Assembly (NCBI GenBank): GCA_002633005.1
Contig: NMRA01001015.1
Location: 424 to 64,423, forward strand
Reading direction: 5' to 3'
Origin: Phoronis australis
Taxonomy: Eukaryota; Animalia; Phoronida
Length of the DNA stretch: 64,000 nt
The position numbers and the translations under genes were made by a program. The notes beneath the pieces were generated by a model. That model was not told the DNA's origin and ran no database searches. It saw nothing but the letters and a program-made list of their open reading frames with translations. Below are positions 29,212-42,700 of the stretch, piece by piece (position 1 is the first letter of the stretch; each line of letters begins with the position of its first letter).

Positions 29212-32200
29212 ATGCTGTTCCAGAGTGCCGTAGTTTTGTGCCAGGTTTTCGCGTTTTCCTTCGTAAGTATCATTTGGAATATACAGTAGCAGATGCCAAG
29301 ATAATTTGCTTGAGTATTTCATTGGGTTAATAAGCATTTGATGTAAAATGCTACATGATCTCGTGTTACAAGTTGCCACCATACACTCGACTTCCGGCAG
29401 CCAACGTGGCACTTCTAGTAGACTTAGGAAAGTAAACTGATAGACACTCGGTGTCCCAATATGTCGACACGTAGGCCTACTGTAAAGCATTGAAAGTGAT
29501 GGTTGCAGACAAACCTGGCCTGGGCTGGGGGTTACTCCCTTAGACGGGACGTGCCCTAGATCCATGGTCCGGGTAGGCCTACTTTCAATACTTTGCCACG
29601 ACCAACTTTAACCCGAAATATAAGAAAGGGTGCCGGTGCCTTTTCCGACAAAATTTTCCGTGAATGAAAATGTGCATTTCCTTTTTAATTCCCCACAAAA
29701 GGGCTACAGTTTGGGACTAATAAACTGCTACAAGGGGCCCCGTTTCGGGCGGGGAGCGGGCAGTCCAGCCAGCAGCAGCGGAATGCGAGATAGTGAGGAC
29801 GTGCCGCTGAGAAAGGCTGCATTTTTGTCACGCAAGAAAATCTGCAATGTTTCTAAATGTTACCTTTAGTTTATGTTTATAACCTTGATGGGACCAATAT
29901 TAAGTGATTCCTATAGCTTGATTGCAATAGATCCTCTTTCAGTTTTAATTACTAAGTAGTTGGCATCTGTTCTTGTGGTGTTTCAGGCGAATTGGTTAAA
30001 AAGACTGTTATCCAAGAATCCCTACGACGGGGCAAATTAGGTTTATGGAATTAACCTAGTATGTATGTGTAATCATTCTGTGCGACCTCCAGTACCGGAC
30101 TATTGTATTGTGCATGTATGTATTACTCGGTATATGTTATGTGGCTACATTTCATCATTTTATTGTTTTTGAAGATAATTAATTTGTTTACCTTAACCGC
30201 TAAAACATTTCAAGATTTTGCCCTTGTTTCTTATGTCAGTGAGAGTGCAGCATCACATGACTGTTGGTTAACATATAATACGAGTTTGGCATATGAAGTT
30301 GCTTGCTGTTTTTAAAGAGTAGGAACAATATTGTCACCTCATGATAAGCTCTAAAAGATGGCACTGTTCAGTTGTCGTAGTTATGACAAATAAGTGTGGT
30401 AATTATAAGCAAGAATTGTACAACAAGATGGTTGAATATGTGCTACATTCTGTCTGCAGGCTTTAGAAAATGGTGCACTGGTGACAGAAAAGGCTTACTT
30501 CGATATAGTTATTGATGGAGAACCAGCTGGAAGGATCGTCTTTGGACTGTTTGGTGAAACGGTGCCAAAAACTGTTTCAAATTTTGCCAAACTGTCTTCT
30601 GGTGAATTAGGGTTTGGCTATGCTGGCAGTAAATTCCACAGAGTGATTAAAGACTTTATGATTCAAGGTAATCACTGGGTGTCAGTGTGGATATGAAAGG
30701 ACTGTAGGAAATGTTCACACTATTATTCAACTCAACATACATTTGATGTCTCTTGTGATGCATGCAAACTTTGAATCCAACTTTCAACTCAAGTCGCGTG
30801 TTCTACTGCCAATTTGTGTGATTAAAAGAACGCGTTTTTCTTGAAGTTCAGGAAAATTTATTCAATCTACTAAGTGTTCTAAAACATATTTTTCCAAATG
30901 ATGCAAAAATTAATCAAAGCTGCACTTCGCTCTGTTTGCGTGGCTGAAAAACGAAAATCAAATTTGGCATTTTACTCTCTTATAATATTCCTTACCTTGA
31001 GAGGATTCTGTTTCCAACCGGGCCTGTCACGGCAATACTTACGTGCGTCATTTTCAAATTTGTAATTTTAGGGTTGGCATACCGATCCCAATAAACTGAA
31101 ACATTTTCTTGAGTCCCTGTCTCCCTGATGGTTTCGATATTGTTGTTGGTTATAGAAGTAGAATCCTACCTCTGCACAAAATAAAATGAGACTGATTTTA
31201 GGAACCTTACAGTAAACACCCTAATACGCTTTTCATTTTAGCCAGCTAAACAGCGCGAATGCAGCTTTATTCCAACATTCAAAGTGCTAAGATGACATGT
31301 TTTGACCCATTGTCTATGCCTCACTTGCTTAATTGCACAACGTTGTATTTTAGCTGGTGATTATACTACACAAGATGGCATGGGAAGTGAGAGCATTTAT
31401 GGCGGGAAATTCAAAGATGAGAATTTTAAACTCAGGCATTATGGCCCTGGGTGGGTCAGCATGGCAAACTATGGTGAGTGGCCTATAGTTATTTATTCAT
31501 GAGTGTTCGCGGAATTAATTGAACAAACGGCAGTGTTCTGCTCACAATTTGAATGGATGTTTCCTCCGTTCCTCCCTTCCTCCCCCATCCCTCTCTCCTC
31601 CCTCCCTCCCTCTGGTTAGGGCCATGATGGAAATGCGTGAAAAACAATCTTAGAAAAAGGTGTCTAACTTCGTTTAACCTTGGGTATATTTGAAATTGTT
31701 TTGTTTTTGACTCTGGTTTCTGTTCCAGTTTTTATTTGTGACAGGATGCATAAGTGAAGAGTAGTCATACCGATACTAAGGTGTAGTTTGATGGGATATT
31801 TGGTTCATTAATAAAGAGTTTGTCTTTCACTAATGGAGATGGTGTGTAAATTATTGGTTTCATTAGCGAAATGTTCTTAACTGGTGGAAAATCCCACCTT
31901 ATTCAGTTTTCATTCCACTCCTAACTTACAATAATGGCAGACTATATATGAAACAAAAACGTCACATTTGTTTTTGGTCAAACTACATGTATGATTACGA
32001 GCTCTAAAATCGGCACATGAACGACATATTGATCGAGGTTTCAGTTTATTTTCCTTAAACCATTCTCAAGAAAAAAGACAAACGTTCACAATATACCAAT
32101 CAGGTGATACAGGTGTACCTGTTCTGTCCGTTCTCCACCTGTGTCACCTGATTGGAATATTGTGAACTTTTGTCTTGAGAATGGTTCAGAGACAATAAAC

Positions 32201-32736
32201 CAAACATAGATAAATGTCATTGTTTACATATGCGTTGGTTTTAAAGTTCGTAGAAAACTGTCCATTTCAGCCGCCCTGTGCAGGCCATGTGCATGTTATC
32301 AGTCCTGTGTCTTTCAACACCTCATGACTTTAACACTTATGCTGTGATTTAGATTTATTTCTATTTAGTTTAATATCTAGAATAACCTAGCACCATAATG
32401 CACAATGTTTTACTTAGTTCAATCCGTGGAGATCCTGTGACACAGTGCTATGTCAGTAACTTCGTGTCTGTTGATTTTGCAGATGTTGATACCAACGGAA
32501 GTCAGTTTTTCATCACCTGTGTTAAGACATCATGGCTGGATGGCAGACACGTGGTTTTTGGCAAAGTGCTCGAAGGAATGGAGGTTGTGCGGAAGATTGA
32601 AAGTCAGGCAACAACTCAGCAAGATCGTCCTGTCAAAGATGTCGTGATTGCTACCAGTGGAATTCTGCCAGTTGAAACACCATTTAAAGTGAGGACAGCG
32701 GGAGTCTTGGAACCTGGACGTCAAAACTTCATTTAG
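29212..32736 (+). CDS. Cyclophilin B-like paralog, 210 aa (exons 29212-29262, 30460-30667, 31354-31473, 32483-32736)
   Basis: 51+208+120+254 = 633 nt. Signal-like [17 protein letters not shown]. Motifs [47 protein letters not shown]. Internal exon sizes and phases (208, 120) are identical to PPIB. Confidence 0.92.
32020..32225. repeat. Imperfect hairpin of about 200 bp (foldback/MITE remnant) in cyclophilin paralog intron 3
   Basis: AACCATTCTCAAG...TTCACAATATACCAATCAGGTGATACAGGTG pairs with CACCTGTGTCACCTGATTGGAATATTGTGAA...CTTGAGAATGGTT. Confidence 0.75.
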
Positions 32737-34142
32737 GAAATATTAATGCACTACTGTTTTGATTTGCTTAAATCGGATTTAAATTGGTGAAATATTATAC
32801 AGCATTTCAACGAATCCGATTTTTTAACGGTTGGATTCATAAAGAATTGTGAATTTGAATTAACTGCATTCTTTTTAAGTGCCATTTTTGTACACAACGC
32901 ACCTATGTTCTCGCCGGTCTTAGGCAATGATGTCCCTCTGCAGCTGTTGAGAGACAAACGTTTGTGTCAGTTAAATTTTTGATGATATCTTGATGTTTAA
33001 GTTTCAATTAAGAGTCACAAGTCAGTTAGAACTAGTGGTTTACATGTAAGTAGTAGCGCGTTTCCTTTGTGGTTACTTGTGCAGCTGAACAAACCAAAGT
33101 AGACGTCAATACCGGATTCTGAGTTCTTTACATTCATGTGCCAGCTTTTGAAATCCATTCAGTGAAATGCTATTGTATATTGAAGCATTTGTTTTCCATT
33201 TTTATATTTTTTTGTAGAAATGTTGTTGTAACATTTTTTCTACATGGTATTTTTGCCATTGAGGTTGGTGCTACATGTACATTTGTATAGGCCTATTGTT
33301 TGTTTTTATACTTTTCTCTTAATGTGGACACTCCAGGTGTTTCACTTATGTCCTTGCCAGATTTATGTCGACTGTTTTTCCTCGGATGTCAATGATGAAT
33401 GCTTCACCAAAGAGATTTAGGATTTAGACTATTGCCAAATTCATCCCATCTTGAGTTGATTATGGTGAGCCGGCAACTCAGTGACAGGCAATGCTTGCGC
33501 GAGTTCGCGCTTATAGGTTAGTCACCCCACCCCATTAAACTCTGAGCTACTTTCTTGAGTAGTTGATGGCATCTGTGTTCTTGTTGGTAACGGAAGTCAA
33601 CCCCTTATCATGGTAAGGAACATCTTGGGGCAGGTTGTCATTTCTGTTTATGGGCAGCTAAATACTGAGGAAATACAGTTAAAATCAATGCCATTATCTG
33701 GTTTGAGTCAGTGTCAAGTCTTTGTTGCTGACAAATTGGCTGATTTCATATCTTGTTAATGACTTGAAAATGTTATAAAAATAAATTAGTTTGCATTCTT
33801 TTCAATATTGTTAGTATTACAGATAGGACACTTCATCCAAAATCCTAATCCTGTCATAACTTATCACAGAGCTGACAGATTATATGAGGTCACCCGGTGG
33901 ATGCAGATGTTGAGTGCTTGCTCAGGCCTGTATAAAGATACTTGTATTATGCAGGCTTGCTGGCTGGTTGCGTGGATACCTGTATGCGCTCTTGGTTAGT
34001 GTATGTGTTTGCGCATCAGAATGTAAATGTAAGGGATATATTTCTACTTGATCTGACGGATATGGCGAGTTCAGTGTTGCATGGTGCAAAACGAGCCTAA
34101 CCTTTCTGATGCAGATCTTTCATCTATTTAAAACATATTTGG

Positions 34143-34303
34143 CAGTGGCAGATTTAAGCGGGGCCAAGGGGGCCATGGTCCCCCTAAAACTCTCCAGATT
34201 CCATTTGGCACTGAGTTCGGGGGTTCGAACGTCTGACGGGCAAAATCCTGGCTAATACTCTGCCCTGCCTCCCCCACCTAACTCAAAATACTGTATCCGC
34301 CCG
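34143..34303. mobile_element. MITE (CAGTGGC(G/A)GAT family), 5-bp TSD TTTGG
   Basis: Similar to 45644-45801; TTTGG on both flanks. Confidence 0.75.
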
Positions 34304-35496
34304 TTTGGTATATGCTTAGCCTAGGAACTGGTTCCGAGGCTTAGCCAAGCGGTTGATGAAAAAGGTGTCACGTAATCCTTTTTAAAGGACTCCCTCATGT
34401 TAACATGGATTGGGATAATTGCTTGAATTATTCAGGCAATGCCTCAGTGAACACGGGCTGGGCCCATTCCAGCATCTCAAGTGTCCTGCGGTTAAAATTT
34501 GCTAATCACATGCCTGTTTAAACCTATCAAGTTATCCGTTTATGTTCGCAACTGAATTCGAACCCGCGCCTATAGCATCCGGAATTGGGTGCATGCGTCT
34601 ATATATGCAACGCTAGAGTAGAAACAAAGGAGCAACTTCTTCAGTTATGCAGCTGAATGAAGTTGACTAATGTTTTGCAAAATGCAAACGAGGTGATAGA
34701 ATGAATGCTAATCAGTGCTTGGAATTTTCCTCTTTTGAGAGGATTTCCCTTTTGGGTTTCAATTTCCTCTTCTTTGATTTCCAGTTTCCTCTGTTCGTCT
34801 CTTTTTATCCCATTACTTTATGCATGCACCGATGCGCTTTTTTTCTTTCATGCCAGGTGTCACGCTTCACTTCTTCAAGCTTTGCCACACCCTTGTCAAC
34901 TTGGCAGCATATTCGTTTTGCAACAACTGGGGTTGTCTGACACCTGTCACAGGTGCACCTGCAAGATGCGTCGCAACGAAATTACATTGCGTCAGTCAAC
35001 ATCAAAATGTAAAAATTGAAAAATTTACCAATTTTGCCAAAATTGAGGAGGCTGCATACGTTTTCAGTTCTCATGAGCAGTGGGGGCTAAAGCCCCCTTG
35101 AGCAGCGCCCCTGTTTCAACTACTGAACAAGAATCAAATCTTTTAATGAAAAACAAACTTTGTGACAGTTGTGAATGATGCCCGGGGAATACAAGAATAA
35201 GCATTCATTGTTCGATTGTTTTACCTGACCCTGAGATGGGATTGTCAGTACTGACTCGAGTCATGCGGCCGGTACCAAGGAGTGTATTGGGCCTACACTC
35301 CTTGCCCTTACTCCCAACCTGAACCCTATCGGAACCTACTTTCCACTTAGTCAACCTGACTGAAGGGTCACCTGTACCTTAAACATTGCAATGCTTTTTT
35401 AAGTACTTCATATGCTATATGTGCAATCCCCAATCCAATGGGATGCCCTCTATTGAAACTACCAGTTGGTAGTTCCTATCCACTAGTCGATTCGTA

Positions 35497-35640
35497 CATG
35501 GGCGGCGCACCATAGGGGGCAGGAAAGGCTATAGCCCCCCTTTTTTCAGCTCGCTCCGGGGCCCATGGTCTATTGGCGGTGTACTACAATGAGGGGGGCT
35601 ATAGCCCCCCCCCCACTTTTTCAGTGCTGCGCCGCCCATG
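35497..35640. mobile_element. MITE (TIR CATGGGCGGCGCA), 5-bp TSD TCGTA
   Basis: Perfect 13-bp TIR; TCGTA at 35492-35496 and 35641-35645. Confidence 0.9.
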
Positions 35641-37559
35641 TCGTACTCAGACCGAGGTCAAGTATCATTACTTTCATTTTATAAATCAACGGGCAACATC
35701 GAGTGAATTTACATACTCATCACTGTTTCAATTTCAATCACTGCTTTACAAAATACAGTTTTGAATCACTTGTGTAGTTGACTTAAGAAGTTACCTAGCT
35801 GTTTCCTTTGCAAATACCAAAAGTTTGAGATTGCAGTAGAAGTAATCAGAGACCAAACATTTTTCATTTGAAGTGATCCTCTAAATTGCAAAAACACGTT
35901 CATTCCAACAGTAGCTGGTAACTGGTATTTATCCGAGACTGAAACACGACTCATTGTGAGTGGGACGTGGGCGCCTGTGACTGACCGATAAGGCTACTCA
36001 GTGAATTTGAATTGAAAACTGCCGCCAAGTAATTATTCGCAGGATACGTGTTTTAACAACAATTAGTCTTACCAGTCCACTAACGTCCTGTTGTAACTCC
36101 TGTCAGAGACCGCCAGTCGCATTTTCAAAATCCAGGTCGCATTCATAACTCGTTGATTCCCTACGTGTCCGCTAGTGGGTATTTAATTTTCTTCGGGAAG
36201 TTTGTTTACACCGGCGTTTTCTAATTGGCTGGTCGAATGCTCAACAGGTAGCGCTTTACGTAAACAAACTAGCATGACTGATAGAGGAAGAGTAAGTGTA
36301 GAATTGTGGTCTGTTGTACAGGCAAATCGGTTCTTAAAATTCATGTTCAAGAAATGTGATTCAGAAAGCTGTGGTTGTGCTTTTTCGGAGTACATTTTTT
36401 TACTGTCGCTGACTTTCGTTTTTGTTGCTGTCCTGTGTTCACAGAGTATAAATAACACACGGTTTAAATCGGCCAGTTGTGTGTTCACTTTGTACCTGGC
36501 AGGTGCTTTTAGTCGAGCACGCGGCTATTAAACATTACTGCAGAATCGAAATATCTGCTGTCACGCCACTTGCATGACAAACATCGTTCATAGTCGGCCA
36601 TTTCTTTCTTTGTTGTGAAGCTACAAACCAATGACTGCTGAGGTTACATCAACCAGTGACAAAACGCATGCTGCTGATGCGTGTCCTCTACCTCCTAGCG
36701 GAAACACAGGGAACCAGCGAGGCGTTCATAAATGCTAGGTCACAAAATTTTCCCAGCATTTTTACGTTCCAAAATTATTTTTTAGATTTTCGAGAAAATG
36801 TATAGATTACGATCTTACCTGCGGCGTTAAATACGCACACATTTCAGGTCGCAAAATTCAGTTCTCACATGCAGGTACAGCGTTACTTCTTCAAGACCGC
36901 AGCGCAAGTTGCTGAAGTGAAAGTTGAATCAGTGCTATCTAACCGACACGTCCATTCGAGTAGCTAAGTTGTAATGTGAAAAGGGGGGAAATATTTGATG
37001 AAAAACTGTCATCGACTGATCCGTGAAACGTTACCCTAGCCCAATGATGTATTCGGATACACGGGAACAATTCACTGATCAGCCAGGCCACAACAAAAAT
37101 GTGGGGTTCATGTTGTTTACTTACTCAACAATTAGTTTTCCATGAAATAAAATCCGAGAAATAATTTCCGACTCTGTGCGGGTTTTCATCTAAACAAAGA
37201 CCCAGGACTTGACCTACCTGCGGTGTATTTAGATTTGTTACGGGATTCCCCCCGACATTAGCGAATCCCTGAGACTGTTTTTATTTCTTTTATTGTACAA
37301 CCCGGTGGTGAAAGAAGTCCGTGAGAGTGGACGANACCTTTTTGCCCAATTCGCCAAATTGGGGGGCTCGTTCGAGCAAAAGGTCCACATAGTTGGGAAT
37401 TCGAGCCCCCCCCCCATATTGAAGGCTGGGTGCGCGCATGTACTTTATCTATGTTCAGTTGAGAGTAGAGTTTTGTTCCGAAGGTATGAATGTAACGGAA
37501 TAAAGACTGTCAACAATGAAGTGTCGTGCGTTTAATCAATTATTTAGGATTGTCAATGT

Positions 37560-38810
37560 TCTCTTTCCATTTGTAGCTTTGGAGTGGTGGGCACGAATTA
37601 GTTCACGCGCTTGAATAGCCGGAGTAGGCCAGCACTATCCAGATGTTTAGAGATGACGTATCATGGCAGTAGATGACGCAATTTGGACCCAGAAATAAGA
37701 ATAGAAATGCCGTCACACTGAGTCCAAAACGTCAAAATGACGTCACGCTAAACATTCCAATACCGGCGCTGGCCAACAGCATATGACAGACGACTCGTAA
37801 TGTCGCGCACGTAGCCCCAGAAACAAGTAAAGGGGTTGGGAATTTACTGGCGACTCAAAAACATAGGCGGATTTTGGGGGGGGGGCAGGAGGCCCAGGCA
37901 CTCCCCCCCCTTGAAAGAGCTTGAAGAGTAAGGAAATATTGAGATCAGCAACTAGGACCGGTAGCGGATAAGGGGGGGGGGGACCTCAGACCTCGGGGAT
38001 TGTGTTCTCGCTTTTTTTAGTACATCGAAGGATATTCCGAACAGAAGGTTCACATCCCCGGCCCCGCAACCCTTCGGGCCTGTGCACATTACAATAGCGC
38101 TTTGCCCATTTCCCGAGGCAACATGTTGCCCCCCCCCTTATGGTGTCTTAGATCCGACACTGAAAAACCACTTTGCTGAAAGTAAAGACGTGACCGTCGT
38201 TTGGCGATTATTAGGGTTGCCATTTTCACGTTTGCTATACTTGCGATGACAGACAAGACGTACGTTTCGAAGCNCTTAGTACGATCGTCTGCCGGGACCG
38301 CTTGCGCGCCAACAACGAGACCGATCAGTGCCGCAGTGCGATATGAAAGATATTGTCGGGGATATTTCGTAATAAGGGTTTCTTACGTGAAAAATAAATA
38401 TGTTTTCCTGAACAAAGTATAGTACGTTGTTCGTGCATTAATAGAAATACCACTGTTTTGTGACGTTTTATCACGTGTTCTGCCGTGCCTGGTCCGAAAG
38501 TTTGTTCGGTTCATCCCAAACTGTTAGCCAATGTCGTCAAAGGTTGATTCTGCACTGTCCAATGTTCACGCGACGTGCAAGTCATCGGGAGTGCTGTTCC
38601 CGGTTAGTGCTTTTTTAACTTGATTTCGCAACAACCAAATAACGGTCAGATTTAAAGGAGTGGCTTATGTTTGCTAGCTATGAAGCTATCCGCTCAGAAG
38701 TGTAAAAACTCAGCTTGCATGTTTACGTTAGAAATTCCAGCGGTTGCATTTTGCGACTTGATACGAACTGGCAAAAATCTTAGCTCGCACATCCAAATAT
38801 CAGGTTCTTT
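37560..38810 (-). mobile_element. Diverged inverted partial copy of the 60585-62790 element, interrupted by MITE sequence at about 37861-38162
   Basis: 38170-38810 and 37560-37860 are reverse-complement similar to about 60620-61440 (e.g. GCTGAAAGTAAAGACGTGACCGTCGTTTGGCGATT vs AATCGCCAAACGACGGTCACGTCTTTACTTTCAG). Confidence 0.7.
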
Positions 38811-39767
38811 GTGTTCCACTATGTCACAGAAAATGGCACAGTTTGTATTTTCCGTTACAATATGGCGCTACGATATCGCGGCACTTCAATATAGCGACGT
38901 GTAAGTCAATGTTAAGAATATACAGTAGCTATTATAATTGTAGACAAGAATTTAGACCATATTGTTGTTCAGATTGGTTTGGACCTTGCAAATTTCTCTT
39001 CAAAATGTCGTCCGCTGTCGGCTACCTATTTCCCGCCTTTCAAGGGTACTTATCTACTTTATATTTTCAGATGGTTTCAACCACAGGCGCTCGGATTTCC
39101 AGATCACTCATAACCATATATAAGAAACATATAGTAGTGAGTGACGTCATTTTCGATCGAGGAACAGATAAACCCAAGCGCCTGTGGTTTCAACCTACGT
39201 TCAACACCACATTTGCAATCATGGCGATACGTTTTTGTGTATGTCCGACAAAGCGTGTTTAACACCACAACATAACGTACAAATTGACATTAAAGATAAA
39301 ACAGCAGCCGAACTCAAGGTCTTCTTTTAAAGGAATAACTACTTCAAGTTAAAGTGTAGAAACGTACTTAAAACGAGTTGCTGATATTATTTTTCTTTTA
39401 GTAGAAAACATAAACTGGGTGGTCTGATAACTGCTAACCAGAAACTCCTATTTTGTGATTAACAGCTCTAAAGAAAAAGCAACCGAAAAATTTAGCAAGC
39501 CTCAGGATTTTGACGAAATTTCCAAGAGGTTTTGCCCATGTCATAAACCTGAGACTCGCGTAGGATTCTCTCTATCTTACTCGGAACATAAGTCGATCAC
39601 AAATAAGGATTCGTTTTCTAAGATAATTATCTGAGTCATTATTATAATTGTCTTATATTTATGTTGCAAGAAAAATTGTCACTGGAGACCGCACTCAGTA
39701 TATAGTTGCAAAGCGAATACGTACTTCAGATTAGCATAGAACTGTGGTAAACTGCCGTACACTTTAC

Positions 39768-42700
39768 TCAGGTTTTGGCGACCTTCACCGAAATCGTTCC
39801 GTCGACGACAACTTCATGTGGAAGTTCCCGCATTCTGAAAACTTTCAAAGGTTTCGTCTTTATTGTAGTAACTTGAGGTGTCGTAGCTTGTGCTGTAATG
39901 TCCCCCCTATCCCCAATGAAGTACTCTTTTCCTAACGTGTCATACACAATGCTCCAATCTTGAAAGCTACCTTGGTCGTCAACATCCATGTTTTCCATGC
40001 CGGAGCTTTCCCTTTCTAAAACATGGAGACTTTGCTCCAGATGTTTGTCAAGCGACGCGGGTTGATAGAGGTCTTCATCATCTATGTATTCTAAATTGAC
40101 AACTGGTTTGGGTGAACGATTCCACATCCCACTGTCATGAAAACTCATGGGCTCCAACGGCAACTCCTGTGTTAAATCTTTGATACAATCGGCTCTATCT
40201 ACAGAAATTTTAGAATTTGTAGAGCTCCTAGAAGTAATAGCGGAGCCACTAAAATAACCTTTACTCGACATAGTTGATTCTTTACTCGGTCCCCTGTCAA
40301 TCTCTGTCGTCTTACAACACACATGCCCAACGTGGGAATCAACGACGCCGTGCTCGTCAGCAAATCGTCTACGAGTGACATTTTCTCTGTAACCACTGGC
40401 GGTAGGCTCACGTGATACATCCTTCCTAAGCCAATCAACACATTCTTTCACCGAGCCGACACGTAGTTGCCGACACTCAAGGATCTCGCCTATGCTATAC
40501 TCTTGACGGAGAGTAGCATAAACATCTCTAACTAAATTAAGTTCACAATGAGCTATTAACAGACCTACCGCCACATCCAAAATTACCTCTTTATTTACCG
40601 CGGGCCTTTCAAGCTTAAGGACACCGTCCCTTTCCGTGTAACCCATGAGATTAAATACCGAAACTGGGTCTTTAAGGACAGATTTTATGTAGATATTATA
40701 GTACCCACCATAAGTCTGAAAGAAAATTGAAACTATTCAAAACTGTTACCAATAAGGAAAGTGTGAAGCCGGCATTCTTACCAATGCCTTTTTACGTACT
40801 AGCGAGGACATCAATAATTTGCAACGACAGGAGACTAAACTTTGTTGGTGACCAGATTGCAATACAGGCAATGACAAAGGCGTTAGCAATTTGTGACTAC
40901 GCAAGGGTCGCTGGTGATCGTGTCCGCGAGGGAGCACATAATGCTATGTCTAATTAAAATGTGAATATGCAAATGAAGTAAAAGTTTACAAACAACCCCG
41001 GGTCTTCCGGTGTGCCGAAAACCATCCGAGAATAAGTTACCATTACAATCTCGCGAAAGTCTCCTTTTGCAAGATTAATTTTTTGCAAATGAGTATGGTA
41101 ATATTTCATCGTTACCTTAATGAAACAAGGCACAGATTTTACTATTTGTTTATTTCACTATCAAATATGGTACTACTTGGAATTATGTTTTTTATAAGTT
41201 AACACTTGTTTTTAAGTGTATCAGTTGCGGTGTTTTTTTAAACCCCAAGTTATTTACAAAATCTTTCTTTTCCTGATTATACTCGTACACGTAGTTCTCC
41301 AGCAAGTCACTAGGTAGCGCTTGATACAAATTTAAATATTCACAGTTTTAATGAGACACAGCATCTTTAACCACAACGATTTCTTCCTTCCTGACGGCTA
41401 GAACTGCTATATCAAAACCACATGGGGGGACGCGCAAAAGAACTGCCAAAATTATTTAAGTGCATGAAATCACCAACNTGTAACCCATGAGATTAAATAC
41501 CGAAACTGGGTCTTTAAGGACAGATTTTATGTAGATATTATAGTACCCACCATAAGTCTGAAAGAAAATTGAAACTATTCAAAACTGTTACCAATAAGGA
41601 AAGTGTGAAGCCGGCATTCTTACCAATGCCTTTTTACGTACTAGCGAGGACATCAATAATTTGCAACGACAGGAGACTAAACTTTGTTGGTGACCAGATT
41701 GCAATACAGGCAATGACAAAGGCGTTAGCAATTTGTGACTACGCAAGGGTCGCTGGTGATCGTGTCCGCGAGGGAGCACATAATGCTATGTCTAATTAAA
41801 TTGTGAATATGCAAATGAAGTAAAAGTTTACAAACAACCCCGGGTCTTCCGGTGTGCCGAAAACCATCCGAGAATAAGTTACCATTACAATCTCGCGAAA
41901 GTCTCCTTTTGCAAGATTAATTTTTTGCAAATGAGTATGGTAATATTTCATCGTTACCTTAATGAAACAAGGCACAGATTTTACTATTTGTTTATTTCAC
42001 TATCAAATATGGTACTACTTGGAATTATGTTTTTTATAAGTTAACACTTGTTTTTAAGTGTATCAGTTGCGGTGTTTTTTTAAACCCCAAGTTATTTACA
42101 AAATCTTTCTTTTCCTGATTATACTCGTACACGTAGTTCTCCAGCAAGTCACTAGGTAGCGCTTGATACAAATTTAAATATTCACAGTTTTAATGAGACA
42201 CAGCATCTTTAACCACAACGATTTCTTCCTTCCTGACGGCTAGAACTGCTATATCAAAACCACATGGGGGGACGCGCAAAAGAACTGCCAAAATTATTTA
42301 AGTGCATGAAATCACCAACTCCACACAAAAAACATAAGACAATCAGACAGTCAAACCTCCACAAACAGTGTTTGATAATAAGTGACTTGGTTCATCTCGT
42401 GTTACGAGCATTTATTGGTCGATACACACGTACCAAGAAGAATCGGGAAACGATCACAGCATTAGTCATCCATGGGCGCACACGGGGGGGGGGGCGGGGA
42501 GTCCACCAAAAAATCGGCGGAGAATGCACAATTCACAGCTTTGAGTGTACCTCGATTTTTTTTAGCAAAAGGTCCACATTCTCAAAAATTCGAGCCCCTC
42601 ATTGTTTAGGCTGGGTGCATATTTTCGATAGTGTTTAGTGTCAAAAGTCGTCGTCGATATTGCAGCGCGTTTTCCGTGATTCGAAGTATAATAAAGAATA

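Noticed and set aside
34430-34620. tRNA gene (B-box-like GGTTCGAATTC on the minus strand)
   Set aside because: No cloverleaf could be formed; at most a decayed tRNA-derived SINE.
36183-36600. Possible further coding exon of the SPATA2-like gene
   Set aside because: No convincing splice sites or recognisable zinc-finger motif; stops in the candidate frames.
40637-42319. Apparent tandem duplication of part of a SPATA2-like exon (possible alternative exon)
   Set aside because: Essentially identical copies abutting a single n; typical contig-overlap artefact.
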